Shown here: piece after piece, positions 27,377 through 37,424 of the stretch
Layout of the letters: the number at the start of each line of letters is the position of its first letter
Position numbering within the stretch: position 1 is the first letter of the stretch
Assembly: GCA_022842645.1 (NCBI GenBank)
Contig: JALHPE010000002.1
Location: 65,569 to 129,568 of the forward strand
From: Minisyncoccota bacterium
GTDB lineage: Bacteria; Patescibacteriota; Minisyncoccia; Phycocordibacterales; UBA2100
Direction of reading: 5' to 3'
DNA: 64,000 nucleotides
Notes under the pieces: model-generated
The model's input: only the letters and a program-made list of their open reading frames with translations
What the model was told of the DNA's origin: nothing
The model's database searches: none
Translations under genes and position numbers: made by a program

Positions 27377-29236
27377 ATGACAAAAATACTCGGTATTGAT
27401 CTCGGAACTACAAACTCAGCGTTTGCCGTCATGCAAGGCGGTGAACCCGTTATTCTCGAGAACGCAGAAGGTGCGCGCACCACTCCCTCTATTGTTGCGC
27501 TCTCGAAAACGGGCGAGCGTTCTGTAGGTCTCCTTGCGCGCCGCCAAGCGGTCACAAATCCCAAAAACACTATCTACCAAATCAAACGCTTTATCGGACA
27601 CACCTTCGATGAGGCAAATGTACAGAAGGATAAAGCACTCGTGCCTTTTGAGATGAGGAAGTCTGCAAACGGAGGCATTGAAGTGCAGATGGGGGATCCG
27701 CCAGCTGGCGGATGGCACTCACCAGAAGAAATTTCGGCAATGATTCTCCAAAAGTTAAAGCGCGATGCAGAGGCGCGTCTCGGGGAAACCATCACCGAAG
27801 CCGTCATCACGGTTCCGGCATACTTCAACGATGCACAACGTGCGGCGACAAAAGACGCAGGGAAAATCGCAGGGCTCGACGTGAAGCGCATCATCAACGA
27901 ACCAACGGCTGCGGCACTTGCCTACGGCTTCAACAAGAAGAAAAACGAAAAAATTGCCGTCTTCGATTTCGGCGGAGGAACATTTGATATTTCCGTTCTT
28001 GAAGTGGGGGATGATGTGATCGAAGTACGCTCTACTGATGGTGACGCTCATCTTGGCGGAAAAGATCTCGATCAGAAAATCATCAACTGGATTGCGGAGG
28101 AATTCAAGAAAGAGAGCGCCATCGATGTGCGAAACGACCCCCTTGCACGACAGCGTCTCGACGAAGCAGCTGAGAAAGCAAAGATCGAACTCTCAAGTGC
28201 CGTTGAAACGGAAATCAACATTCCATTTATCACCTCCGACGCCTCAGGCCCACGCCACCTTCTTCTCAAACTCTCTCGCGCGAAGCTCGAAGAGCTCACC
28301 GAAGAATTCATTACGCGTGCAATGGATATCACGAAGCGTGCAATGGATGCTTCGCCATTTAAAGTTGCTGATATTAACGAAGTGATTCTCGTCGGCGGTC
28401 AAACACGTATGCCGGCACTCCAGAGTGCGGTAGAGAAATTTTTTGGGAAGAAGCCGAACATGAGTGTGAATCCAGACGAAGTTGTTGCGCTGGGCGCGGC
28501 AATTCAGGGAGGTATTCTGCAGGGGGATGTGAAAGACGTACTTCTTCTTGATGTGATTCCGCTCTCGCTTGGTATCGAAACCTTGGGCGGTGTTGCGACA
28601 AAACTCATCGAGCGCAATACGACCATCCCTACCTCAAAATCGCAGGTATTTTCCACGGCGGCGGACAATCAGCCATCAGTCGAGATTCATGTTGTGCAAG
28701 GGGAACGTCCTATGGCCACGGATAACAAGTCCCTCGGTAAATTCAACCTCGATGGCATCCCGCCGGCGCCGCGCGGTACGCCGCAGGTTGAAGTAACCTT
28801 CGATATCGACGCAAACGGTATTCTTTCAGTGAAGGCGAAGGACAAAGCCAGCGGCAAAGAGCAATCCATTCGCATCGAACAGCGCTCAGGGCTCACCGAT
28901 GCTGATATTGAAAAGATGCGTGCGGAAGCGGAAGCAAATGCAGAGGCGGATAAGCAAAAACGAGAACTTATTGAGGCGCAAAATACTGCGGATCAAATTG
29001 TGTATGCCGCCGAAAAAGCTCTCAAAGAGCACGGCGAAAAAGTAACCGAAGACATCCGCAAGAATGTCCAGGAAAAGATCGATGCACTTAAAATCGCACG
29101 CGCGGGAAGCGATCTTGGGGCTATCAAGGCCGCATCCGAAGCCCTCTCAACCGCCATGAGCGCGATCGGTGAGGCAATGCAAAAGCAATCAAATCCCGAA
29201 CAAAAACCACCAGAGTCGCCAGCTGAGGGGCAGTAG
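27377..29236 (+). CDS. dnaK: Chaperone DnaK
   Basis: [33 protein letters not shown]. Confidence 0.98.
   Translation: MTKILGIDLGTTNSAFAVMQGGEPVILENAEGARTTPSIVALSKTGERSVGLLARRQAVTNPKNTIYQIKRFIGHTFDEANVQKDKALVPFEMRKSANGGIEVQMGDPPAGGWHSPEEISAMILQKLKRDAEARLGETITEAVITVPAYFNDAQRAATKDAGKIAGLDVKRIINEPTAAALAYGFNKKKNEKIAVFDFGGGTFDISVLEVGDDVIEVRSTDGDAHLGGKDLDQKIINWIAEEFKKESAIDVRNDPLARQRLDEAAEKAKIELSSAVETEINIPFITSDASGPRHLLLKLSRAKLEELTEEFITRAMDITKRAMDASPFKVADINEVILVGGQTRMPALQSAVEKFFGKKPNMSVNPDEVVALGAAIQGGILQGDVKDVLLLDVIPLSLGIETLGGVATKLIERNTTIPTSKSQVFSTAADNQPSVEIHVVQGERPMATDNKSLGKFNLDGIPPAPRGTPQVEVTFDIDANGILSVKAKDKASGKEQSIRIEQRSGLTDADIEKMRAEAEANAEADKQKRELIEAQNTADQIVYAAEKALKEHGEKVTEDIRKNVQEKIDALKIARAGSDLGAIKAASEALSTAMSAIGEAMQKQSNPEQKPPESPAEGQ
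27696..27713. repeat. Perfect 18-bp palindrome inside dnaK
   Basis: ATCCGCCAGCTGGCGGAT, read as DPPAGG. Confidence 0.8.
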
Positions 29237-29326
29237 CTCAAAGTTGGTTTCTGGGTATACTCTCCGCGGGCTTCCTTGATATACTTTGTCATGGAAGCAA
29301 AGAGAGAAACACAGGAGGATATTCGA

Positions 29327-30850
29327 ATGTCACAACTTCCTCGTATTGCTATCATTGAACTAGGTAGTCAATACACACTTCTTATCGAGCGAACTTTGCG
29401 CGAGCAGGGCTTCCGCTCCGTTGTCTTAGAGCCTCGACGCGCGAAAGCGTGGCTTGAAAAAAACTCACCCCAGGCGGTGATTCTTTCAGGAGGTGGTGCA
29501 AGTGTGTACGACAAAGATGTGCCACAGCCGCCACTCGAGGTGCTTGATCCTTCTTGTGGACACGCACTTCTTGGCATTTGTTATGGTATGCAGTGGATAG
29601 CCCATACGCTTGGTGGTCGCGTCGAGCCCATTTCAGACAACCGCGAATATGGGGACGGTTCAATCACCGTCATCACTGAAGATTGGCTTTTTGACGGAAT
29701 GCCACCTCACCAGAAAGTATGGATGAGTCACGGAGATTCTGTGACACAGGTACCAGAAGGGTTTGAAACACTCGCATTCACAGAAACTGGTGCGATTGCA
29801 GCTATCCGTAAGGGTCTTGTGTGGGGCCTGCAATTCCATCCTGAAGTGACGCACACAACGTATGGTGCAGAAATGCTCATACGATTTCTCAAGGCTGCAG
29901 GATGTGAGCCCGACTGGGAACCGTCCGCACTCGTTGATGACATACGCAACAAGACACTCGATGCGTGCGGAATCAGGCGGGCGGTGTTTGGATTTAGTGG
30001 AGGTGTTGATTCAACAACGCTTGCCGCGATTCTTGCTCCAGCGCTAAAACAGAAGCTTCTTGCGATCACTATCGACGGAGGTCATCTACGAAAAAATGAG
30101 CTGACAGAGATAGAGAAACACGCTCATGCAGCAGGGGTTCTTTGGAAAATAGTAGATGCTCGCGCGGAATTCGTTGCAGCACTTGCAGGCACTGTCGACG
30201 CAGAAGAAAAACGTCGACGGTTCAAGAAAGTCTATCAAGACATTTTTGCACGTGAGGCGCGAGTGTTTGGCGCAGAGATTGTTCTACAAGGAACGCTCGC
30301 GCCTGATCGAATCGAGTCTGGTGCAACAGGAGGGGCTCTCATCAAATCCCATCACAACGTGGGGCTTGATATGGGAGAAATCGAACAATTGCACCCGATA
30401 GACCACCTCTTCAAGTACGAGATCCGTGCACTTGGACGAGAGCTCGGGCTTCCTGAGAGCGTATGGAACCGCCAACCTTTCCCGGGTCCCGGTCTCTTCT
30501 TACGCATCATCGGAACTCCTATAACTATCGAAAAACTCGATCTCGTACGTTGGGCAGATGCTTGTGTGCGAGAGATACTCGTGCGTCACGGAGTATACGA
30601 TTCACTCTCGCAGGTGGTAGTCGCCTATGTCGACGCTCACACTGTCGGAGTGAAAGGAGATGCTCGTGCATACGGGGGAGCTATCGTCGTTCGTGCTATT
30701 GAGACGGTCGATTTCATGACCGCTCGCGGTGTGTGGTTGCCGCAAGCGATTGTGTACGACATCAGTCGCACACTTGTTGCCCATCCTTCAGTAGTGCGTG
30801 TGTGGTTTGACCCAACAGACAAGCCTCCCGCTACAACTGAGATGGAATAA
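29327..30850 (+). CDS. guaA: GMP synthase (glutamine-hydrolysing)
   Basis: GSQY, LGICYGMQ, WMSHGD, QFHPEV, SGGVDS, IKSHHNV, QPFPGPGL, KPPATTE; AGGAGG SD. Confidence 0.96.
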   Translation: MSQLPRIAIIELGSQYTLLIERTLREQGFRSVVLEPRRAKAWLEKNSPQAVILSGGGASVYDKDVPQPPLEVLDPSCGHALLGICYGMQWIAHTLGGRVEPISDNREYGDGSITVITEDWLFDGMPPHQKVWMSHGDSVTQVPEGFETLAFTETGAIAAIRKGLVWGLQFHPEVTHTTYGAEMLIRFLKAAGCEPDWEPSALVDDIRNKTLDACGIRRAVFGFSGGVDSTTLAAILAPALKQKLLAITIDGGHLRKNELTEIEKHAHAAGVLWKIVDARAEFVAALAGTVDAEEKRRRFKKVYQDIFAREARVFGAEIVLQGTLAPDRIESGATGGALIKSHHNVGLDMGEIEQLHPIDHLFKYEIRALGRELGLPESVWNRQPFPGPGLFLRIIGTPITIEKLDLVRWADACVREILVRHGVYDSLSQVVVAYVDAHTVGVKGDARAYGGAIVVRAIETVDFMTARGVWLPQAIVYDISRTLVAHPSVVRVWFDPTDKPPATTEME

Positions 30851-30855
30851 ACTAA

Positions 30856-30886
30856 AGACGCCACCTTGCTTTGTGAGGTGGCGTTT
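30856..30886 (+). terminator. Intrinsic terminator after guaA
   Basis: GACGCCACCT-tgctttgtg-AGGTGGCGTTT. Confidence 0.7.
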
Positions 30887-30925
30887 CTCTTGCTCTCGGT
30901 GGGTAGATGACTATAATGACCTCTC

Positions 30926-31996
30926 ATGAAGGATTACTACTCAATTCTCGGTGTTGCGAAAGGTGCGAGTGAAGACGAGATCAAAAAAGCGTTTCGTACG
31001 CTCGCTCATAAGTATCATCCGGATAAAAAAGGGGGAGACGAAGCTCGGTTTAAAGAAGTAAGCGAGGCATACGCAGTGCTCTCTGATAAGCAGAAACGCG
31101 CACAGTACGATCAATTTGGCCAATACCAAGCTGGAGGTAATAGCGGATTTGGCCAAGGCTTTGGGGGCTTTGATTTCTCTAACTTCGCGGGGTTCCAGGG
31201 CGGTGGTCAAGCGTTTGAGTTTGATCTCGGTGATATTTTTGGAGACGCTTTTGGCGGGGGTAGTGCACGAACGCGTCGCGGTCGTGATATTTCGATAGAC
31301 GTGGAGGTGCCGTTTAAAGATGCAATCTTTGGTGCCGAGCGTCGTGTGCTCATCACCAAGCTCGGTGCGTGCGACACGTGCGAAGGTACTGGTGCGAAAA
31401 AAGGCGTTGGCATGACACAGTGTGTCGCGTGTGGTGGTCGTGGGAGCATGAAAGAGGCACGAAGCACATTTTTTGGATCCTTTACTTCGACGCGCACATG
31501 TCCCACCTGTAAGGGGAGGGGAGAGGTGCCTAAAGAAGAGTGTGGTGTATGTCGCGGTGAAGGTGTTCTCAAGCGCCAGGAAGAAATACATGTAGTCATC
31601 CCTGCAGGGATGGAAAACGGAGAAATGATTCGCATGCCGGGGCGTGGAGAAGCTGCGACAGGGGCTCCTGCGGGGGATCTATACGTTAAAGTGCACGTGA
31701 AGCCCGACCGTCTTTTCACGCGCGAAGGTAATAATTTGATGACAGCGCTCTCGATAAAGCTCACTGAGGGGCTCCTCGGTTCCGAGCACACACTTCATAC
31801 CCTTGAGGGGGAAACAAAAATAGACATTCCGGCTGGTGTTGCACACGGTGAGCTTATCCGCTTGCGTGGCAAAGGTGTGCCTTATGGAAGGGGAAGTCGC
31901 GGCGATCTTCTCGTTCGCGTCGATATCGAATTTCCCAAGAAACTTTCTCGTGCCGCAAAAGCAGCAATCGAGGTCCTACAAAAAGAGGGGCTTTAA
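30926..31996 (+). CDS. dnaJ: Chaperone DnaJ
   Basis: J-domain HPD, G/F region, four CxxCxGxG repeats. Confidence 0.97.
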   Translation: MKDYYSILGVAKGASEDEIKKAFRTLAHKYHPDKKGGDEARFKEVSEAYAVLSDKQKRAQYDQFGQYQAGGNSGFGQGFGGFDFSNFAGFQGGGQAFEFDLGDIFGDAFGGGSARTRRGRDISIDVEVPFKDAIFGAERRVLITKLGACDTCEGTGAKKGVGMTQCVACGGRGSMKEARSTFFGSFTSTRTCPTCKGRGEVPKEECGVCRGEGVLKRQEEIHVVIPAGMENGEMIRMPGRGEAATGAPAGDLYVKVHVKPDRLFTREGNNLMTALSIKLTEGLLGSEHTLHTLEGETKIDIPAGVAHGELIRLRGKGVPYGRGSRGDLLVRVDIEFPKKLSRAAKAAIEVLQKEGL

Positions 31997-32021
31997 AAAG
32001 TTGTATACTTGAGCGATGGAT

Positions 32022-32133
32022 CCCGTTAGAAATCGCGGACGCATGCAAATTACACTTTTCGGTATGGTCGAGCTTATTCGCCTTAATAAAGTAGGGAACG
32101 GCACTTTGTTGTCCGCGTCCTATTTCTAACGGG
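32022..32133. mobile_element. 112-bp MITE-like insertion with 12-bp TIRs and 6-bp target duplication
   Basis: CCCGTTAGAAAT...ATTTCTAACGGG flanked by ATGGAT at 32016-32021 and 32134-32139; inner CGCGGAC/GTCCGCG pairing. Confidence 0.75.
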
Positions 32134-32625
32134 ATGGATCTTACCGCCGTTCAGGGGGTCTTCAACGCGTTTCCGATACATTGGTTTTTTCTCGGCGGAT
32201 TTTTCGTCGTACTCGTGCTTGATTCACTACGAAAGGGAACCGCACGTGCGACAGCGCTCGCGCTCGCGCTTCCATTTGCCGGCTTCCTCACAACACTCAT
32301 TCCGCAAACGGCGTTTCTTAAGGATGTCACCTTTGTATCGCAGGGTTACGGCCCTCTCACTGTTTTCGGCACTCTTTTTCTCGTTTCTTACTTCCTTTTC
32401 CGTCGCATGGGAATAGAGCATTTTGAAAGCGGTATTGGAGAGCCTATCCAGTCCCTTATGGCATCCCTAGCTGCTTCAGTTGTTCTTATCCTTGTGTGGG
32501 TACACACACCGGCCCTTTCGGGCTTCTGGACACTTGGAGAGCCGTTTTCAAGCCTTTTTGCGGAGTCTTACCGCCTCTTCTGGCTCCTCGGCTCCTACCT
32601 CGCCCTGGCCTTTGCGCGGGGGTAA
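32134..32625 (+). CDS. Hypothetical multi-TM membrane protein
   Basis: 163 aa, about 5 hydrophobic helices. Confidence 0.75.
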   Translation: MDLTAVQGVFNAFPIHWFFLGGFFVVLVLDSLRKGTARATALALALPFAGFLTTLIPQTAFLKDVTFVSQGYGPLTVFGTLFLVSYFLFRRMGIEHFESGIGEPIQSLMASLAASVVLILVWVHTPALSGFWTLGEPFSSLFAESYRLFWLLGSYLALAFARG

Positions 32626-32711
32626 ATTGGACAAAGTAAAACCCGTGTGTAATAAGTGTTCCTAGGCTCGCCACGAGGCGAGCATTTGTACACCAACAGA
32701 AGGAGGGGTCG

Positions 32712-33422
32712 ATGGATATTGCGGTGGAATTGTTGCAGCAATTTCTGCAATTCTGCAACAAGGTCTTCGAAATAGGCGTAAAAAATACTCAAGAGGAGCA
32801 TTGGTATGCCGCGGCTGGAGTGCTGTGTGCGCTCATCGGATTTCAGATGTATATCTCGAAACCAGACCACATCAGTTTCGCCACGTGGTTTATGTTTGTA
32901 GGAGGGGATGCTCTTGAGGCAAGTTCATACTTCGTCATGACGACTGCGGAAATCGCCATGAACGCAGTCCCTATTACATTTGCTATCGGGAGCTTCGTTG
33001 TTTTTGTCTTGGCTCTCAAGCGAAAACAATTTGGCATGCCAGATTGGAAAGACACTACTGTGATGGGTGTAGATGGTGTGATCACGGTTGGGTGGCTTAT
33101 GGGTAAATGGAGTGCCGTTGGAGCCAACCTCATGGCAGTTTCAACGGAAGTAATTTCATTTATACCAGCCGGCCGCGATATCCTGAAAGGAAAAGAACGT
33201 CCTTATATTGCTCCATGGATGTGGTGGGCAGTTGCTGACGCTTTTTTCTTTCTTGCGGTCATATCGCATCTAAAACTCGAGTTGGTTTCGGCTACACCGC
33301 AGATGGGGTTGGATGACCTTGAGAAAGTCTTCTATCCACTCGTGCAAATGATCGCCCATTTCGGTATCGTTGTATGCATTGTGATGCGTCGTCGATACGA
33401 TCAGCGGGTAATGGCATACTGA
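32712..33422 (+). CDS. Orphan multi-pass membrane protein (weak PQ-loop-like repeat), SD-led
   Basis: AAGGAGG before ATG; 6-7 hydrophobic segments; terminator follows. Confidence 0.7.
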   Translation: MDIAVELLQQFLQFCNKVFEIGVKNTQEEHWYAAAGVLCALIGFQMYISKPDHISFATWFMFVGGDALEASSYFVMTTAEIAMNAVPITFAIGSFVVFVLALKRKQFGMPDWKDTTVMGVDGVITVGWLMGKWSAVGANLMAVSTEVISFIPAGRDILKGKERPYIAPWMWWAVADAFFFLAVISHLKLELVSATPQMGLDDLEKVFYPLVQMIAHFGIVVCIVMRRRYDQRVMAY

Positions 33423-33427
33423 ATACA

Positions 33428-33453
33428 AAGAGAGCTCTGATCAGAGCTCTCTT
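33428..33453. terminator. Bidirectional hairpin
   Basis: AAGAGAGCTCTGATCAGAGCTCTCTT palindrome between convergent genes. Confidence 0.7.
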
Positions 33454-33456
33454 CAT

Positions 33457-34377
33457 TTATGCTGTGTAGATAAGCACAGAGCCCGCGATCATAGATGCTA
33501 TTGCAAGGCTTTTGAGAAGCATATGTTTGCGAAGAAACGCAAGTTTTTGCATCAGCTGCGGCGCCAGTAAACAACCAACAAAGCCAAATAAAAGCAAGAA
33601 AGCCGGTTGGAATGAGTTCACGGTATAGACGAGTGCAAGAGGAGCGAGGAGTGTTGCGAAGTTTAGCAGTAAATCGGCAGAGACCATGATCGTCTCGGTC
33701 ATGAAGTTCAGTCCGATTACCTTTAGATTTCCATTACGTATTACAGACAGGAAATGTTCTCGATATGCACGTATGCAGAAAAAGAGAACCAGTCCAAAAA
33801 AAGCTATACCAACATATTCCCAGAATTGCACGGTCCAATAGCCATAGTCCGTCGCAAAAAATTTGAAAACACTACCCGAGAGTGCGAACAAGCACGCCGA
33901 AAGAAGTGCCCAGAGAAGACTTTTTGCATTGAAACGAGCCCCTGAATCCTCCTCGATCTCAAATGAGAGTAATGCCGCACTTACAATCACAATAACAGAG
34001 CCAGCGAGTTCAAGGGGTTTGAGAGTTTCTCCCAGTACTAAAAATCCGAATGCAAATCCAAAAAGGGGAATAGTTTGGAGTACAGGCACCACCGAAATAA
34101 CATCAGAATCTCTGATCGCGTAGAGATACGTAGCGAGTGTTAAAGCCGTTAAGAAACCATTTCCAATCAAGATTAGTGCCGCGAGAGGGGGAATAGAAAA
34201 GGGGTGGGCTCCCAGAAGAACTGCAATAGGAAGTATCAATATTCCAAAGACCGAAGAGAAAATAAGTATGCTGCCAAGCCCCCCGCTCCGCTCTTGATGG
34301 ACGAGCAGATATTTATCGACATAACTACCTGCGGCTGAAAGGGCCGGGGCAAGTAAGGCAATAGCAATCCACGACAT
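33457..34377 (-). CDS. EamA/DMT family transporter
   Basis: 10 TM, two repeats, SVVPVLQTIP...LVLGETL, K-FF motif. Confidence 0.88.
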   Translation of the reverse strand: MSWIAIALLAPALSAAGSYVDKYLLVHQERSGGLGSILIFSSVFGILILPIAVLLGAHPFSIPPLAALILIGNGFLTALTLATYLYAIRDSDVISVVPVLQTIPLFGFAFGFLVLGETLKPLELAGSVIVIVSAALLSFEIEEDSGARFNAKSLLWALLSACLFALSGSVFKFFATDYGYWTVQFWEYVGIAFFGLVLFFCIRAYREHFLSVIRNGNLKVIGLNFMTETIMVSADLLLNFATLLAPLALVYTVNSFQPAFLLLFGFVGCLLAPQLMQKLAFLRKHMLLKSLAIASMIAGSVLIYTA

Positions 34378-34383
34378 GCCTCA

Positions 34384-35538
34384 TTAGAAATAGGATTCGA
34401 GTGTGCCGCGACGTCGTACATCAGTCGTTGCGCAGTGTACCGACCCTCCGAAAGGATAGAAGTTTCGAAACGGAATAGGGATTGGCTCAAAGCCCCATTT
34501 TTTGAGAGCTTCAATAAGCGGAGCTTCTTCTTTCTCAACGATAACGCGCTTTTCGTCGATGCTCAGCATATTAAGAGATAGCCAATCGCTCGAAAAATAA
34601 AGAGCGGAATCAAAAGGCTTGGCTGGAGGAGGGGCGACCAAGACGTCCCACGATTTGAACATATCCGGTAATTTGTGTACCCATTCCGGATTAACCAGAA
34701 TCTTCCCTGGAGCGAGAGGAACAATTGTTGTATCTATATGCATTGGGTGCGGGTCGTCAAATTCCACTTCGTGGACACGATATTCCGAGCCGATATGTCG
34801 ACGCACCCATTCAATGCCAAGGCCATTGGTTACATGACTTTTTTGCACTAAAATATCACGACCAAAACGCACAAAATCTGCCGCATCAAACGCTATCTCT
34901 TCTTCAGTAATAGGAAATTGTTTTTTACCCCTCTTATATGGTCGATCGGAATCATATCGCTCGTCGTAAAATCCGTTTGCCATAGAAGGCTTGGGAGCGG
35001 CGAGCCAACGTGCACCTTGTTTAAAGTACGTATGGGCAAGTTTACGATACGCATATCCTTCAAAGTAGCGAGTACGCCACGCCATGGGCGCTTCAATAAG
35101 AGTATCGCCAATAACAATCAGTACATCTCGTGGCATTGCAGCATAAAGACCACGACTTTTCCACCACGGAGTTGCACACTCTTCTTCGAAGTTTATAGTT
35201 TCAGGTCTCTTTACGGTAATACCCAAACTCTTAAACAGCTTTACTAAACCATCAAGTTCTTCAGTAGCTTTTTCAATCATTGGTTTGGGAAAAGGTTTTC
35301 CGCCGTATTTTTTGAAAAATGATGCTGCGTGGGATGGCATGGTTGCCTGCGTGATCAAATCCCAAGGAGGAACTACTGCGCCTTCGACAACGCCAACAAT
35401 AACTTCCTCTAGAGGATCCCATTCGTTATAGGATCGCACTGGTGATAAGTAGGAATCAATGTCTGGTGCTTTTGTTACTTTTGTCTTACGAGGGGTTCTC
35501 ACGTTCATGATCGTCTGCGTTATAGTTATGATATCCAC
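34384..35538 (-). CDS. Amidinotransferase, L-arginine:glycine amidinotransferase (AGAT)-like; start may be 35508
   Basis: SYNEWDPLEEVIVG, AMPRD, EAPMAWR, FDAAD (Asp), MHIDT (His), GGSVHC (Cys), DVRRRGTLESYF. Confidence 0.93.
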   Translation of the reverse strand: MDIITITQTIMNVRTPRKTKVTKAPDIDSYLSPVRSYNEWDPLEEVIVGVVEGAVVPPWDLITQATMPSHAASFFKKYGGKPFPKPMIEKATEELDGLVKLFKSLGITVKRPETINFEEECATPWWKSRGLYAAMPRDVLIVIGDTLIEAPMAWRTRYFEGYAYRKLAHTYFKQGARWLAAPKPSMANGFYDERYDSDRPYKRGKKQFPITEEEIAFDAADFVRFGRDILVQKSHVTNGLGIEWVRRHIGSEYRVHEVEFDDPHPMHIDTTIVPLAPGKILVNPEWVHKLPDMFKSWDVLVAPPPAKPFDSALYFSSDWLSLNMLSIDEKRVIVEKEEAPLIEALKKWGFEPIPIPFRNFYPFGGSVHCATTDVRRRGTLESYF

Positions 35539-35627
35539 CTATCAACGAAATCACGCCCTTGTTGGCGATACGGCATTATACACTGAAAAGATGGCTGTCT
35601 AAGAGTGCTGTAGACACCCCTACACTT

Positions 35628-35774
35628 ATGTCTCTCTTTCTTTTCCGTGTGATGGCAACTCTCATTGTGCTTTCCATAGTGTTTGCGTTTTGGAGAACAA
35701 TGGGTATCCACGATTTTGTGGTTGTAAATGATATAGAACCCGAGACATTCCTCGAAGACGAAGTGACGCTATGA
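35628..35774 (+). CDS. Small single-TM protein coupled to kinase gene
   Basis: MSLFLFRVMATLIVLSIVFAFW...; stop overlaps the kinase ATG (ATGA). Confidence 0.5.
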   Translation: MSLFLFRVMATLIVLSIVFAFWRTMGIHDFVVVNDIEPETFLEDEVTL

Positions 35775-37402
35775 CCGAACAACTACTGTGTCCGTGGGAG
35801 CCGGCAACACTTTTGTTTTTTTCATCGAACGTTCCGGCGCTAGTGCACTATTCGCATTTTGTAGCAATTCTCGCGGCTCTTGCAATTGCGCTCTATGTCT
35901 TTGCGAGTAATCCACACGGCATTGTGCAGCGACTATTTCTTCTTTTAATATCAACTTTTAGTGTATGGGTCGTTCTTGATCTACTTCTCTGGGCCACAAA
36001 TAGGCCTGATGTAGTTATGTTTTCTTGGACGCTCCAGATTCTTCTTGAACCTCTGACCTACGTTGTGGCGTTTTACCTCTTTTATTTCTTTGTATACAAA
36101 GAGTGGCCGAATATCCATGTAAACACATTTATATTCTTACTCTTTTTGCCGATCGTAACGCTTTTGAATACAGAATATAATTTAGGCGAACTCTACCTTG
36201 GTGATTGTGAAGCGGCAGAAGGTCCGCTTGCCAAGTACTATACGCACATCGTTCATGCCGCGCTTATTTTGGGCATTGCAACTATTGCTTCGCGAGGCGT
36301 ACCCCTTCTTCCAACACATGAAGAACGGCGAATCGCTGTTATTTTTGCTGCGGGCCTCATAAGTTTTCTGCTGGCATTTTCTTCTGGAACAATCATAGGA
36401 AGCCTCACGGATGATTGGGTTCTGAGCCAATATGGACTTTTCGGCATGCCTCTTTTCGCTGCCTGCATTGGATATAGCATCATTCGGTTCAAAGCATTTA
36501 ATGCCAAAGTCATCACTGCTGAACTTCTGGTCGTTGCTCTTGGTATAGCGGTGATTTCACTGACGGCACTTCAAGCTATTGAAACTGTACGCATTATTGC
36601 GGGAATTACTTTCTTACTTGTGTGCGCTGTTGGCTACGTTCTTGTACGAAACGTCAAGCGGGAGATTCGATTACGCTTACAGATTCAGGCGCAAGAAGAG
36701 GCGCTTGAAAACATCAACAAACAACAAGAAGGACTCTTGCGCTTTATTAGCCATGAGGTGAAGGGGTATCTCACCAAGGGGCAGGCGGCGTTTGCGGGAA
36801 TTGCGCAGGGGGATTATGGCGCGATTACACCCGAGCTGCAGCGCATGGCTGATAATGCGGTTATCGATGCGCGGAAGGGAGTGGACATGGTTGCTGACAT
36901 TCTGGATGCATCAAATTTGCGCAAGGGAACGGTGAGTTATACAAAAGCACCTTTTGATTTTAAAAAGTCTGCAGAGCAAGTTGTTCACGATTTAACACCC
37001 TCTGCTGAGGCAAAGAGCGTAATCCTTTCATTCTCATCGGCATCTGGTTCATACATGCTCGAGGGCGACGAGGCGAAGCTTCGCCGACACGTCATCCGTA
37101 ACTTAATTGATAATTCAATTCACTATACGCCAAGTGGCGAGATCCGCGTCTCGCTCTCACGTGCAGATAATCGTCTCCGATTCTCAGTCAGAGACACTGG
37201 TGTCGGAATTACAAAAGAAGATATGCAACGCCTCTTTACTGAAGGTGGACATGGCAAAGAATCCACTAAAGTGAATATTGACTCCACAGGCTACGGTCTT
37301 TTTATTGCAAAACAAATCACTGAGGCTCATGGCGGCACCATACAGGCACAATCAAAGGGGGCGGGGCAAGGATCGGAGTTTATAGTCGAATTACCTCTTT
37401 AG
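35771..37402 (+). CDS. Sensor histidine kinase with 7-8 TM N-terminal domain (no adjacent response regulator)
   Basis: H-box FISHEVKG, NLIDNS, DTGVG, GYGL, HGG. Confidence 0.93.
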   Translation: MTEQLLCPWEPATLLFFSSNVPALVHYSHFVAILAALAIALYVFASNPHGIVQRLFLLLISTFSVWVVLDLLLWATNRPDVVMFSWTLQILLEPLTYVVAFYLFYFFVYKEWPNIHVNTFIFLLFLPIVTLLNTEYNLGELYLGDCEAAEGPLAKYYTHIVHAALILGIATIASRGVPLLPTHEERRIAVIFAAGLISFLLAFSSGTIIGSLTDDWVLSQYGLFGMPLFAACIGYSIIRFKAFNAKVITAELLVVALGIAVISLTALQAIETVRIIAGITFLLVCAVGYVLVRNVKREIRLRLQIQAQEEALENINKQQEGLLRFISHEVKGYLTKGQAAFAGIAQGDYGAITPELQRMADNAVIDARKGVDMVADILDASNLRKGTVSYTKAPFDFKKSAEQVVHDLTPSAEAKSVILSFSSASGSYMLEGDEAKLRRHVIRNLIDNSIHYTPSGEIRVSLSRADNRLRFSVRDTGVGITKEDMQRLFTEGGHGKESTKVNIDSTGYGLFIAKQITEAHGGTIQAQSKGAGQGSEFIVELPL

Positions 37403-37424
37403 AAAATTCGCCGTATACTGTCGT

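Noticed and set aside
35526-35782. Minus-strand small ORFs as precursor peptides for the amidinotransferase
   Set aside because: No start signals; they overlap a better-supported plus-strand TM ORF coupled to the kinase
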